From the NCBI RefSeq assembly GCF_006345805.1, contig NC_042997.1, forward strand, positions 34,534,001-34,598,000: a stretch of DNA of 64,000 bases, in the 5' to 3' direction. This document shows, one piece after another, positions 42,865 through 55,418 of this stretch. The notes beneath the pieces are model-generated. The model had not been told where the DNA came from and made no database searches. It saw nothing but the letters and a program-made list of their open reading frames with translations. The position numbers were made by a program, and so were the translations under genes. Numbering within the stretch: position 1 is the first letter of the stretch; every line of letters begins with the position of its first letter. This DNA comes from Octopus sinensis. Taxonomy: Eukaryota.

Positions 42865-43119
42865 CGCTGATACTCCACCACTGTTAGCATCGTTTCCGCC
42901 GCCACCGCCACGGCCACCGCTGCTGCCGCCCCCGCTGCTGCTGTTACCGCTACCGCCATCACTTCACCGACACCCCTACTACCTTTGTTGCTCCGGAAAT
43001 AACAACTACAGTAACTAGTTCTATATTAATAAGGGTTTCAAATTTTGGCACAAGCCCAGTACGTTTTGAGGGGAGAGGGAAGTCGCTTAACCGACCACCA
43101 GTACTTAGCTGGTATTTAT

Positions 43120-43350
43120 GGCGGCGAGCTGGCAGAAACGTTAGCACGCCGGGCGAAATTCTTAGCGGTATTTCGTCTGCCGCTACGTTCTGAGTTCAAA
43201 TTCCGCCGAGGTCGACTTTGCCTTTCATCCTTTCGGGGTCGATTAAATAAGTACCAGTTACGCACTGGGGTCGATATAATCGATTTAATTTTTTTGTCTG
43301 TCCTTGTTTGTCCTCTCTGTGTTTAGCCCCTTGTGGGTAGTAAAGAAATA
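43120..43350 (+). mobile_element. SINE family A, young copy inserted antisense into an older family A copy
   Basis: Perfect TSD GGTATTTAT (43111-43119 and 43351-43359). The host copy (- strand) is visible at about 43035-43119 and 43351-43373. Confidence 0.92.
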
Positions 43351-43407
43351 GGTATTTATTTTATCGACCCCGAAATGATAATGATAACCCTATTTGCTAT
43401 ATCTACA

Positions 43408-43450
<43 letters not shown>

Positions 43451-43476
43451 TACTACCACCACCACCACCACCACCG

Positions 43477-43533
<57 letters not shown>

Positions 43534-43644
43534 TACTACTACTACTACTACAACTACTACTACTACCACCACCACCACCACCACCACCACCAATAATGAT
43601 GATGATAATAACAATAACAATACTAGCAACATCAGCAACAACAA

Positions 43645-43920
43645 TATTATTGTTGTGAAAGACCAAAGCAATAAATTGTCTTTATTGATGGACATGAGCG
43701 TTACTTGCGATCATAATATCTGGGCTAAAGAGTTTGACCAGTGCAGAAAATATAAAGATTTGCTCATTGAAACCCCAAAAAGCTGTAGTATCTCAAGGCG
43801 CTTACAATACCAATGATTGTAGGAGCACTTGGAATGATCACAAAAAAAAAAAACTGAAAATTATTTTAGAACGACGCATAGTTTACCATCCACACGAGAA
43901 GTGCGAAGGATTATTTGCAT
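43645..43920 (+). mobile_element. R4/Dong-like RLE fragment
   Basis: IVVKDQSNKLSLLMDMSVTCDHNIWAKEFDQCRKYKDLLIE, then after a frameshift TIPMIVGALGMITK. Confidence 0.85.
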
Positions 43921-43961
43921 TATTTACATTGGACGGATATGTGTCCTCATCTTGTTTTTTG

Positions 43962-44010
43962 TTACCATAACGTTTCGGCTAATTTACTCTCCAGCCTTCA
44001 TCAGGTATCC
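43962..44010 (-). ncRNA. Degenerate type I hammerhead motif in a Penelope-like repeat (about 43920-44061)
   Basis: Minus strand: CUGAUGA-A-GGCU[12 nt]AGCC-GAAA-C-GU-U. Core, stem II and the ACGU stem III are intact, but stem I does not pair in this copy. Confidence 0.5.
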
Positions 44011-44061
44011 TAGTGGAATTTTGAACCTAGCCCTGGGTTCTCATTCCTAAGGTATTTTGAT

Positions 44062-44252
44062 ATTATTATTATTATTTTGATCTTCTTCTTCTTCTTCTTC
44101 TTCTTCTTCTTCTTCTTCTTTTTCTTCTTCTTCTTCTGCTTCTTCTTCTTCTTCTTCTTCTTGTTCTTCTTCTTCTTCGTCTTCTTCTTCGTCTTCTTCT
44201 TCTTCTTCTTCTTCTTCTCCTTCTTCTTCTTCTTCTTCTCCTTCTTCTTCTT

Positions 44253-44283
<31 letters not shown>

Positions 44284-44295
44284 TTATTATTATTA
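44062..44295. repeat. (TTA)/(TTC)n compound microsatellite
   Basis: Direct reading. Confidence 0.95.
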
Positions 44296-44633
44296 GTGAA
44301 GGCGCATGGCTCAGTGGTTAGAGCGTCCAACTTACGATCGTGAGGTTGTGAGCTCGAATCCCGGACCGGGCTGCGTGTTGTGTTCTTGAGCAAGGCACTT
44401 TATTTCACGTTGCTCCAGTTCACTCAGCTGTAGAAATGAGTTGCGACGTCACTGGTGCCAAGCTGTATCGACCTTTGTCTTTCCCTTGGATAACACCGGT
44501 GGCGTGGAGAGGGGAGGCTGGTATGCATTGGCGACTGCTGGTCTTCCATAAACAACCTCGCCCGGACTTGTGTCTAGGAGGGTAACTTTTAGGTGCAATC
44601 CCATGGTCTGTGTCGTGACCGAAGGGGGTCTCC
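44296..44633 (+). mobile_element. SINE family D variant (head D + tail 3)
   Basis: Head GTGAAGGCGCATGGCTCAGTGGTTAGAGCG...CTCGAATCCCGG and TTCTTGAGCAAGGCACTTTATTTC are shared with 8535/16105 up to AAATGAGTTG (44443). The tail is different, and (TTA)n flanks both sides. Confidence 0.85.
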
Positions 44634-44877
44634 GATTATTATTATTAAATAAGTAACTAATAAGAAATAAATACTGGTACCCAATAATAGAAGAAAGAGG
44701 CGGAGTGCAGTGTCATGAGATTTTGAGACGGGTATTACGTCCACGTGGTGTATCGTTACCCAGGTTGTAGATTAAACGTTGTTCCTTTCTATAACTTGTT
44801 AGAAGAAACGTGTTGTATAATATCAGAGATTGAAAGATGACCAGAGAACGTCTATGCAAAGTAAAGTGTTCGATTTT

Positions 44878-45042
44878 GGCGCAGGAGTGGCTGTGTGGTA
44901 AGTAGCTTGCTTACTAACCACATAGTTCTGGGTTCAGACCCATTGCGTGGCACCTTGGGAAAGTGTCTTCTACTATAGCCTCGGGGCGACTAAACCTTTG
45001 TGAGTCGACTTGCTAGACGGAAAGTGAAAGAAGCCCGTCGCA
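44878..45042 (+). mobile_element. SINE family B, 5' half
   Basis: Head through GAAGCCCGTCG, ending at (TA)n. Confidence 0.88.
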
Positions 45043-45094
45043 TATATATATGTATATAATATATATATATATATATTATTATATATATAATATT

Positions 45095-47520
45095 ATTAGA
45101 GACAAAACCACTATTTTGCAAAACAAACAAGGAAAGACTTAATCAATACATAAAATTTTAATAAATAGTCAAAAAAACCGCCACTACAATTGTTTCTTGT
45201 CTTGATCGACAATCTTCAGGTGGACTTCCAATCTAAAATATCAATATTTAAAATATAAAAATAATATTTTAAAATAATTAAAGTATGAATGAAAAAATAT
45301 AAATATATAATCCATATATAACCTATATATAATCCATATATAATCAATATATAAACAATATATAAACTAAAATAAACCTATCAACAATTAATATAAAATA
45401 TAAAATATAAAATATAAAATATAAACCAAAACAAAAAAAATAATAATATATAATAATAAACTATATATAACCCATACACATATACCTAATTATATATAAC
45501 CATATCTAACTACATACACTAAATCACACACCTACATATATATCCCTATACATACACATAAAAAACGTCTAGGCAACTATAAATAAATAAAAATAGCTAA
45601 ATACTTCAACACAATACTATTCATACTCCCACACACACACACATACAACCCACATTCACGCTCTAGAAAACGGACATCACTTAAAATTATGAACGGAGAA
45701 TGGAATAAATGGAATTAAAAATTATATTCACTTGGTAAAACGAACACTACTAAAAATTATGAATGAAACAATGCAATAAAACAACAGACATCGCAAATAG
45801 ACACAAATTACTACGAATTCCTTAACAAACCTACCATGATAAACCAAAACTCATAAAAACATATAATGATAAAATCTCCCTTACTAAACTCTATAACATA
45901 CCTATATAGCAATCCCCCTACCTAAACATTCACACACAAATACACACATGTAAACCACACACCCACGACATATACAAATACCCACACCACTTACACATAC
46001 CTATACATACATATAACCTCAACATATACTCCAAAAACCCACTCAACCCCACACAGACAAATAAACACAAAAATTATGAATGGATTCTTTTATAAAACTA
46101 CCATGATAAGCTAAAACTCACAAAACATAAATGATAAAACCTCCCTTTACTAAACACTATAACATACTTATATAGCAATCCCTTTAACCTATACATTCAC
46201 ACACAAATACACACACGTAAACCACACACCCATAACAAATACAAATACAAATACAAACCAATTTACACCCACATAGCAATCCCAATATATTCATCCATAC
46301 ATGGACGCACGTGCGTGAAGCACATGCACACAATAAATACGTACAACCCCCCAATACACACTCATATACATACGTATCAAGCTCGACATCCACAGCAATA
46401 CGCTTACACCCACTCACACCCAGATGGGTGAATTACACAACCAGGGAACGCACACACACACGTGTGCGTATTTTGATTGTGCAACTCGCCCATATGCATG
46501 TATGCGGGCGCGATTACATTGTTGCACATATCGAGCCCAACTAGCATGCATATGTACATGTGAGGGGGTACACGTACATGCCGTGCGCGTGTACCCCCTG
46601 CAATTATACCCGTGCGTGAATATACACATGGAGACTACCACACAGGTACAAATGTGTATAGTAATGGGAGCCCCATCACTACACTCAATGTATAATCTGA
46701 CCCATCCGCACGGATGTGAAAGTGAATCTCCGGTGTATATGTTGAGGCTTATATGTAGCGCTGTGGAGGTGAACGTCGTTGAAATTGTGAATGAATGGGT
46801 GGAGTTGGGAATTGTAACCGGGTGGTGGGCTAGCGTTGCTTGGAATTGTATATGTATATGTATAAAAAGTATAACCGCTCTGGAAACGAACATCTTTTAA
46901 AATAATGAATGGAGAAATGGAATAAATGGAATTAAAAATAATATTCACGTGGCAAAACGAACACCACTCAAAAATTATGAATGAAACAATGTAATAAAAC
47001 AACCAACATCGAAAATAGACAAATTACCACGAATTCCCTAAAAAAAACCATGATAAACCAAAACTCTTAAAAACATATAACGATAAAATCTCCCCTTGCT
47101 AAACTCTATAACAAACTATATAGCAATCCCCCTAACTAAACATTCACACACAAAAAACACACACGTAAACCACAGACCCACGACTTATACACATACCTAT
47201 ACTAACTTATAAACCTCAATATACACCAAAACCCACTCCCTCCCACACAGACAAATTAACACATACATCCCAAAAACCTAAATAACAAACCCATATACAC
47301 ATTCACACACAAACACACACACACGCAAAACACACACACACAACAGATACATATACTCCCTCACATATACGCATACATACTCACTAAACTCGATATATAC
47401 ACAATATTTACACACCCACACTCATACAGATAATAAATTATACAACTAAAAACTCACACACAATCTCATATACATAAACACTCCAATAAAAAACAACATT
47501 AAATACATTTTATACATAAA
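45095..47520 (-). mobile_element. Penelope-like remnant: hammerhead end plus A/C-skewed region with internal direct repeats
   Basis: The hammerhead lies about 85 nt from a (TA)n junction. About 400-bp direct repeats occur at 45659-46069 and 46876-47262, with a partial copy at about 46070-46225. No ORF is visible, so the PLE assignment is inferred from the ribozyme only. Confidence 0.5.
45181..45223 (-). ncRNA. Minimal type I hammerhead ribozyme motif with complete core
   Basis: 5'-CCAC CUGAAGA UUGUC GAUCAA GACAA GAAA C AAUU G UA GUGG-3'. All three stems pair, and predicted cleavage is after GUA (between 45185 and 45184). Confidence 0.8.
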
Positions 47521-47574
47521 TTTGGATTATTCCCTAATATTTATTATATATATATATATATATATATCTATATA

Positions 47575-47606
<32 letters not shown>

Positions 47607-47949
47607 GGAGAAAGATTATTCATTTTTTATATTTTTTGAGATCTAGTTATGTGTTTTATAAAATATATTTTATTTTTTAGTTATGTTTTGATTTATGTCT
47701 ATCTCTGTTTGAGTTGCATAATAGTGGTTTTATCTCTAATTTATATATATATGTATATTATGTATGTATGTATTTATGTATGTATGTATGTATGTATGCA
47801 TGTGTGTCCTTTGCCCTCCCAACGTCACTTGACAACCGATGCTGGTGTGTTTACCTCCCCGTTATATAGCAGTTCGGCAAAAGACACCCATAGAATAAGT
47901 ACCAGGCTTACAAATGACTAAAACAAATAAAAGGATAGATATATCCTTA

Positions 47950-48261
47950 TGTATGTATGTATGTATGTTTGTATGTATGTATGTATGTATGATGTAGTAT
48001 GTATGTATGTATGTATGTATGTATGTATGTGTGTATGTATGTATGTATGTATGTATGTATGTATGTATGTATGTATGTATGTGTATTTGATGTATGTATA
48101 TGTATGTATGTATTTGTATGTATGTATGTATGTATGTATGTATGTATGTATGTATGGATGTATGTATGTAGTAGTATGTATGTGTGTATGTATGTATGTA
48201 TGTATGTGTATGTATGTATGTTTGTATTGTATGTATGTATGTATGTATGTATGTATGTATG

Positions 48262-48290
<29 letters not shown>
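47950..48290. repeat. (TATG)n grading into (TATC)n
   Basis: Direct reading. Confidence 0.95.
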
Positions 48291-48292
<2 letters not shown>

Positions 48293-48539
48293 TTTTTCCT
48301 CTTCCCCTTTTTCCCCCCTTTTTTCTTCTTTTTTTTCAATTCTATTTTCTTTTGTTCCTTTTCCTTTTTTTTGTTCTTTTTTTCCCTTTTACGATCCCTC
48401 TTGATCGAAAACCTACGCCACCCCCCTTTTTTGTTTCTTTTGTTTTTTGTTTTTTGTTTTTTTTTCATCCCCAAAAGAAAAGCTCTACCTTGTAACTTGT
48501 CCCATCTGTGTGCAGCCCTGTGTGGCCAATAAAGAAACT
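48291..48539 (+). mobile_element. Unclassified element embedded in (TATC)n, copy 1
   Basis: Pyrimidine-rich 5' part, core TTTTACGATCCCTCTTGATCGAAAACCTACGCCACCCC, and 3' GTGTGGCCAATAAAGAAACT followed by TATC repeats. A homologous copy is at 56424-56712. Confidence 0.8.
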
Positions 48540-49288
48540 TATCTATCTATCTGTGTGTGTGTGTGTGTGTGTATGTGTGTGTGTGTGCGTGTGTGTGTGA
48601 CCGATGTAAAGGAGTACTGCAACAATTTTGAGAACGTGCTGTTAGTGAGCAGGAATCCTCAGCAAATTTCCATAATATCACCACATATCGTATTATGAAC
48701 GAATGTAACGCGTTGTTCAATAATTGTATAAGGTTTTCTTTTGAGTATTAAGCTTGAAAAGTCAATGATAGATTTGCTCCTCTCAAACTGGACAGATATT
48801 TTGCTAAAGCATTACAGCAACTGTCTTAACTATAATTAAGTGTTGTACTGACAAGCAGATATAGATTCCCTCAAAGCAACGTAACTCATGAAGGAAAGGC
48901 TTCTTAGTTCACTATGATATTCAGTCAACCAGTTCTCATTTCAAAGAATACATGTTTATTGAACTTGTTTAATAAATGTAGTCGATCGATTGGTTGTCTT
49001 ATTTTTCGGGATGAGTTATCGCTAACAGTCGTCTATGATCTTTTTCAACATCAGGTATCGAAATTTCACCAATCGACAACTAGAGAAATATGCATGCTTC
49101 TCAGAAATACAAGAGCACATAGATTGTAGATTCAAAGATAGTTCAAAGTTAACAATGTATTTATCACTATAAAATATAGATAAAATGCAATAGGTTATAT
49201 ATTAAATTCAGAACGTAAAGAATGCCGTGATGTACATAATTTTCCAAAAAAAAACCATTCGTTAAAATGTCCGACATATAGACGCAAA

Positions 49289-50165
49289 CGTGCTGTGTGG
49301 TAAGAGATTTGCTTCTCAAGCATGTAGTCCCCTTGAGCCCCCTTGAGTTCAGCCCCCTTGAGCAACACTTTTGTCAAGTGTCTTCCGCTATGATGCGGGA
49401 AGTGGAATTGGTGGCTGGAAACTGAAACCTGTCATATGAATGAGTGTACGCGTGTTTGTGTGTACCTATGTCTGTGTGCAAGTATATGTGAGTGTGTATG
49501 TGTGTGTATAGTGTGTTTTTGGAGGCGCAATGGCCCAGTGGTTATGGCAGGGGACCCGCGGTCATAGGATCGCGGTTTCGATTCCCAGACCGGGCGTTTT
49601 GAGTGTTTATTGAGCGAAAACACCTAAAACTCCACGAGGCTCCGGCAGGGGATGGTGGTTATCCCTGCTGTACTCTTTCACCACAACTTTCTCTCACTCT
49701 TACTTCCTGTTTCTGTTGTACCTGTATTTCAAAGGGCCGGCCTTGTCACTCTCTGTGTCACGCTGAATATCCCCGAGAACTACGTTAAGGGTACACGTGT
49801 CTGTGGAGTGCTCAGCCACTTACACGTTAATTTCACGAGCAGGCTGTTCCGTTGATCGGATCAACCGGAACCCTCGTCGGAGTGCTTCCACGGAGTGCTT
49901 CCACCATATGTAACCGACGGAGTGCTTCCACCATATGTGAGAGTTTATGTGTGTGTATAGTGTGTTTGTGCTTGTTCCTCACTAGCGTTTGACAATCGTC
50001 GTTGGTTCGTTTGCGCCCCCTTAATTTAGCGGTTCAACAAAAGGTGGACGATAAAATAAGTACCGTGTTTTAAAATAAAATAATGGGGCTGATTTGATCG
50101 ATCAAACCTTCCAAGGCAGTACTCCAGTATCGCGACAGTCGAAAAATTTGAACCAATTAAACTAT
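49289..50165 (+). mobile_element. Diverged SINE family B split by a family C insertion
   Basis: 5' part at about 49289-49430 and 3' part at about 49968-50165; the insertion sits in the internal microsatellite. Confidence 0.7.
49521..49931 (+). mobile_element. SINE family C (head C + tail 1) with long TSD
   Basis: TATGTGTGTGTATAGTGTGTTT occurs at 49497-49518 and 49946-49967. The tail is the same type as in the family D copies at 8535 and 16105. Confidence 0.92.
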
Positions 50166-50567
50166 AAAAAAAATAAGAGATATCTATTGCAGACAGCGAT
50201 CACCATAAAATTTAATGATATTATTTTGTGTGCGTCATTTGTAAAAAGTTGAAAGGCAAGTCTGTGGCGGTTTTGATAATGGTGTCACTTAATTCTATTT
50301 AGCAACAAAGAACACAGAAAACACTCGCTTATTCTATGTTTTTGGGCAAGTGCTAAAGAATTTTATTATCCAGTATATCAAAAGTTACCTCATAAATTAC
50401 TTATATAATTTTCTTTATTCTGCTCCTACTATTTTAATTTCAATACCCTTTTTATCATTTTTTTTTGTCATAACAAAAACATAATATAAAAAAAAAATAT
50501 CTATATGTAGAAAATAATAAGGAATTATATATGAATTGACACCCGCTTTCTCTTTCATTTTTATTTT

Positions 50568-50603
<36 letters not shown>

Positions 50604-50876
50604 TATACTTCTATCTCTTCCCGTCTCTGTGTTTATGTTTGTATGAGTGCATGTCATTTATATATATACACACATGCGCGCACACACACGCATGCATACA
50701 TACATACATATATACATACACAAACGTGCACACACTCACACACACGTGTGTGTAAACCAAAAGTATGGAAGCACTGTTATCTCCTTTATTCCTTGGTTAC
50801 AGCTGTTCCAAAAATATATGTGTTGCACAATACATCTAACTAGCTGGAAAACATAATTACGTAACATTATTTGCTT

Positions 50877-50907
<31 letters not shown>

Positions 50908-51163
50908 TATGTATGATGTAAGTTAGAGGTACTAAAACCATCTAAGGGATAGGTGTATCCAGAGGCATTCCTGGTAGTTACCTCAGTATGTATGGTCCTT
51001 GTTATAAGGTATATGGTAGTAGGTAATTTAAAAGGTAAACCATAGTTTAACGTATATAAAGACGATAAGAAAATGGAGAAATAAATAACAATGAGAAGTG
51101 GATGCTTGATGTTATAAAGCCATTATTTAATTAATTAAGTAAGATGAGAGTATGTTAGAATAA

Positions 51164-51240
51164 GTTTACAGCTGTTTCCGTGTATCAGGCTGGGGTAAAT
51201 ATGTATGTACCTCATTGCAACTGATAGACCTCATCAGAAC
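51164..51240 (-). ncRNA. Type I hammerhead motif with long stem II
   Basis: 5'-GUU CUGAUGA G GUCUAUCAG [32 nt] CUGAUACAC G GAAA C AGCU G UA AAC-3'. There is a G.G mismatch at the 10.1-11.1 position. Confidence 0.7.
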
Positions 51241-52244
51241 GAAAAAGGCAAAGACAAACAAATAGAGAATAGAGAGAACGAAAATGTAAGGAAAAAACAG
51301 GAAAAAGAAAATGTTCAATAATTCGATAGTCTTACATTTTAGTTAGGTTCAAAGTTCAATAAATCAGTTGTAGGATAGATGAGAAGAGAGCTAGTTGAAT
51401 CTTAGCTCTCATAATTAGTTATGAACATATCTTACACGTGTCCGTAGTTGACTGCCGGTGTAATCCGAGTGAGTTATCTCTATTGGGGATATCTGGTGTA
51501 GTTCTATGGAATTACTCGGTGCTATGAATGTCGACGAGAATTAAATAAACAAGGAGAAAAGAACGCAAATCGTAGAGAATTCTTCACATAAACTACGTCA
51601 CAGTATTTCAGTTGTTTTGGTAACCGTTTACATCATCAGCCTCATAACAGAACTTAAAACAGTCCCTGAATATATTGTCACACACTGTATGCCGGTGGTC
51701 GGCATCGCAAATGGTTGGTATGAAAATTGACATAAACAGACAAAGAATGAAACAGTCATTTTTATATGTGGAATCACTATATTTAGAGGGAGAGAGTGCA
51801 ACGCACTTTGAATGCGAAACTATTATATAGGCATACCCATATCAAGCAAACCTTGTCATTGGTAAGCAACAATTTGTTTCAAACTAGGCTTGCTAGTCAC
51901 CTCGTATATCTCTGATGTTTGGTTGCTGAGTATGGAAGCCGAGGCAATGTTTGTAAATAAAATAATCATTTTCCAAATCAGAAAGTGGAAGTTTTTTTCC
52001 TACGGAATTTTAGCCGAGAAGGGCGAGATAAAAAGGGAGCCAACCAGTCTTATGTGTTGTAGATGACCTAAACAAATGTTATATTACAAATTTTAACAAC
52101 AAAGTTTGAAATCATAAGATGACGAACTAATTAAGTGGAACAAAAAGCGACCAGTTGCTGATATAGTAGTCGTAGTAGTAGAAGTAGTAGTAGTAGTAGT
52201 AGTACTAGTAGTAGTAAGTAGCAACAACAATAGTAGTAGTAGTC

Positions 52245-52490
52245 CAGAGAACAATTGTTTAAGTTTTGAGGATGTAGAGGGTCTGAGCGCCGAGAACAAA
52301 GGAATGGCCGAAGACATTACTGGTATCGTTACGAAAAGTCTGGAATCGAAATTAAATGGATTTAGGAAAGTGGATAGAAATTTGCTAAGGGGTTGGAAAC
52401 GGAAGGAGAATAAAGTACCGAAAGAAATTAAGGCGGATGATATGACCGGAACGAATAGATTGATTAAAATTTGTATCCTCTACATTGGAA
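52245..52490 (+). mobile_element. Probable R4/Dong-like ORF N-terminal fragment
   Basis: ESKLNGFRKVDRNLLRGWKRKENKVPKEIKADDMTGTNRLIKI resembles, from memory, the pre-RT region of R4-clade ORFs. It lies between (TAG)n and (TAC)n. Confidence 0.55.
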
Positions 52491-52554
52491 GGATCACTTT
52501 CCATCGTACCCAGCAAAATAAGCTGTGAGTTTTTATCAGATACTACTACTACTA

Positions 52555-52604
<50 letters not shown>

Positions 52605-52620
52605 ATAATAATAATAATAA

Positions 52621-53088
52621 TATAAAAGATGGGCTACAACAAATATTCTGCTCAATACCACAGATTTGCTTGTTAGTTGTTTGATCTTAACCAGTTGAGC
52701 ATGTCCCTTAGTGGCTGACGATATGTGCATCTCTGATCACGAGCAGAAGTAGTGGGGGAGCATCATAGCTACGTGTTGAAAGGGATGATTTGGAGCTTGA
52801 ATAATTCACCTCTGGATACATGGGTGTTTCGTTCAACAGCCTTAAACAATCCTTATTCAGGGACCTTGTGAGAGGGATGGGTTACTCGACCAGAAGAAAA
52901 TTCTAATTGGGCCCCACCTGCAAGGTCACGTGCTGTTTATCTTGATATGAGATTACTTTGTCACGCACATATGGTTGTGATGCATGTGCCCAGTATACCC
53001 TTATCAGACGGGTAGTCATGATGAGTATACTGGGCTTCGTATATTTTACCCCAGTTTCACTTTGATGGCATGCACTGCTCTCTCACAC
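52621..53088. mobile_element. About 470-bp dispersed repeat flanked on both sides by (AAT)n
   Basis: Complex sequence with sharp microsatellite boundaries; a partial second copy is at 21767-21847. Confidence 0.7.
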
Positions 53089-53097
53089 AACAACAAC

Positions 53098-53211
<114 letters not shown>

Positions 53212-53544
53212 CATAATAATCAGGAGAAAAAGAAGGGGAAGAAAAAGAATAGGGGATAGAAAAAGAAGAATGAAAAGGAAAGGGGAAGAGTGGAGGAAGA
53301 ATTATAATAACAATAAAATAAGAATAATTCTAATAATAATTATGATGATGATTATAATGATGATGATGATGACGACGACGATGATGATGATGACAATGAT
53401 GATGATGATGATGATGATGACGATGACGATGATGACGATGATATTCGGGAAGACGATAATGATACTGATGATAATAAGAACATGGAAATCTGAGTGTATT
53501 CACACGCACACTGTCTCACATAGACACGTGCACACACACATACA

Positions 53545-53591
<47 letters not shown>

Positions 53592-53909
53592 ACACACACA
53601 AACTCACACACCCACATACACACACACGCGCTCACACATTCATACACAAGTATGATGTCGGCACCGAGTAAATTGCCATAACAAGGGGCTGAAGTATTTA
53701 TCCAAGTGAACTTCACTTTCTTGAATGGCACTCTGCTTCTAAGTTGTTTAATATCCTTATTTGTGTACACCTCTGATAAAAGCGTTAAATCCGACACACA
53801 CACACACACCACACATATATATGCATATATATGTATATTTATATAAATATATATATATATATGTATATATATATATGTATATATATTATGTATATATATA
53901 TATTGTATA

Positions 53910-53954
<45 letters not shown>

Positions 53955-54418
53955 ATATATGTATATTATATATATTGTATATATATATTATATATATATG
54001 TATTATGTATAGATATATATGTATGTATACATATATGTACGTATATATATGTATATATATATATGTATGTATGTATACATGCATAAATATATATATATAT
54101 ACATACATATATATGTGTGTGTGTGTGTGTATGCGTATGTGTGTAATGTTTAGCGCTTTTAATTGTAGTATGGCAATATAATGCTATTATACGGCATGGC
54201 AGCATGGATTCAGAGTGCTATTGAAGAATGAAATGCAGTCCACTCGGATAAGTACTTCATATCCTGTAATGGCAACTTGTATAGGCTAACATTTTCATAC
54301 ATGAAATATCAATATTTTCAATCAAACTATTATAATATAATTCCTTCTCTCCTATTGCAGGAATTCGAAATGTTTCATCATTCGAACTCACTACTACTCA
54401 CTACTACTACTACTACTG

Positions 54419-54462
<44 letters not shown>

Positions 54463-55041
54463 GCTACTACTACTAGTAATAATAATAATAATAATAAAGA
54501 TGCAGAACAACAGTAATCACGTTGACGACGGCGTCAACGACAAAGACGATAATACAACAAATGATGAGGCGAATAATGATGATGATGATGGTAATGACGA
54601 TGGTGATGATGATGTCGATGCTGATAATGAATAGATATCTAATATTATTTTCATCATCATCATCATCATCATCATCAGGCCGTAGCCGCTGTGGCAATCA
54701 CCTCCACCTTCTCCTCCTCCCCCCGCCTCCTCCTCCGCCTCCGTCTCCAACGCTTCCTCCTCCGTCTCCTTCTCCCTCTCCCTACTCATCTCTCTCCCTT
54801 CTCATTCATGGCCATCATCCTTTGCAGTAATAACTCATATCGATTCCTTCAGAAGGTGTATCAGTCATTTGGGCTACTCTTCAAAATCGTTGACATCCAG
54901 AAAATTGTATTGATGACACATAGCTTGTATACTTATTATATATAAAGTGAATTTATATACGCACCCATCAATGCGTCTAGTTACATAGCTGCATCTCTCT
55001 ATCTATCACACTCTTCCTCGCTTTTCCTCTCTGTACGTATT

Positions 55042-55115
<74 letters not shown>

Positions 55116-55355
55116 ATAATATAAATAATACATAAATAATGCATATATACATACATATTGCACATACCTACATATATATGTATATATATATGCATATATG
55201 GGTACAGGACATAAAAGAAAACGTTGAACACAATGAGAAACGAAAACGATAACAAAAACATAGAATGAGACATATAACATTCAGTTATCCCTCTTTCATT
55301 TACTCCGCGTTCGATGCATGCATGCATGTATATAGATGTAGTGTACGTTTTGAAT

Positions 55356-55418
<63 letters not shown>

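Noticed and set aside
54341-54400. Acceptor CCTATTGCAG|GAATTC opening a short ORF
   Set aside because: It runs straight into a (CTA)n microsatellite, with no donor.
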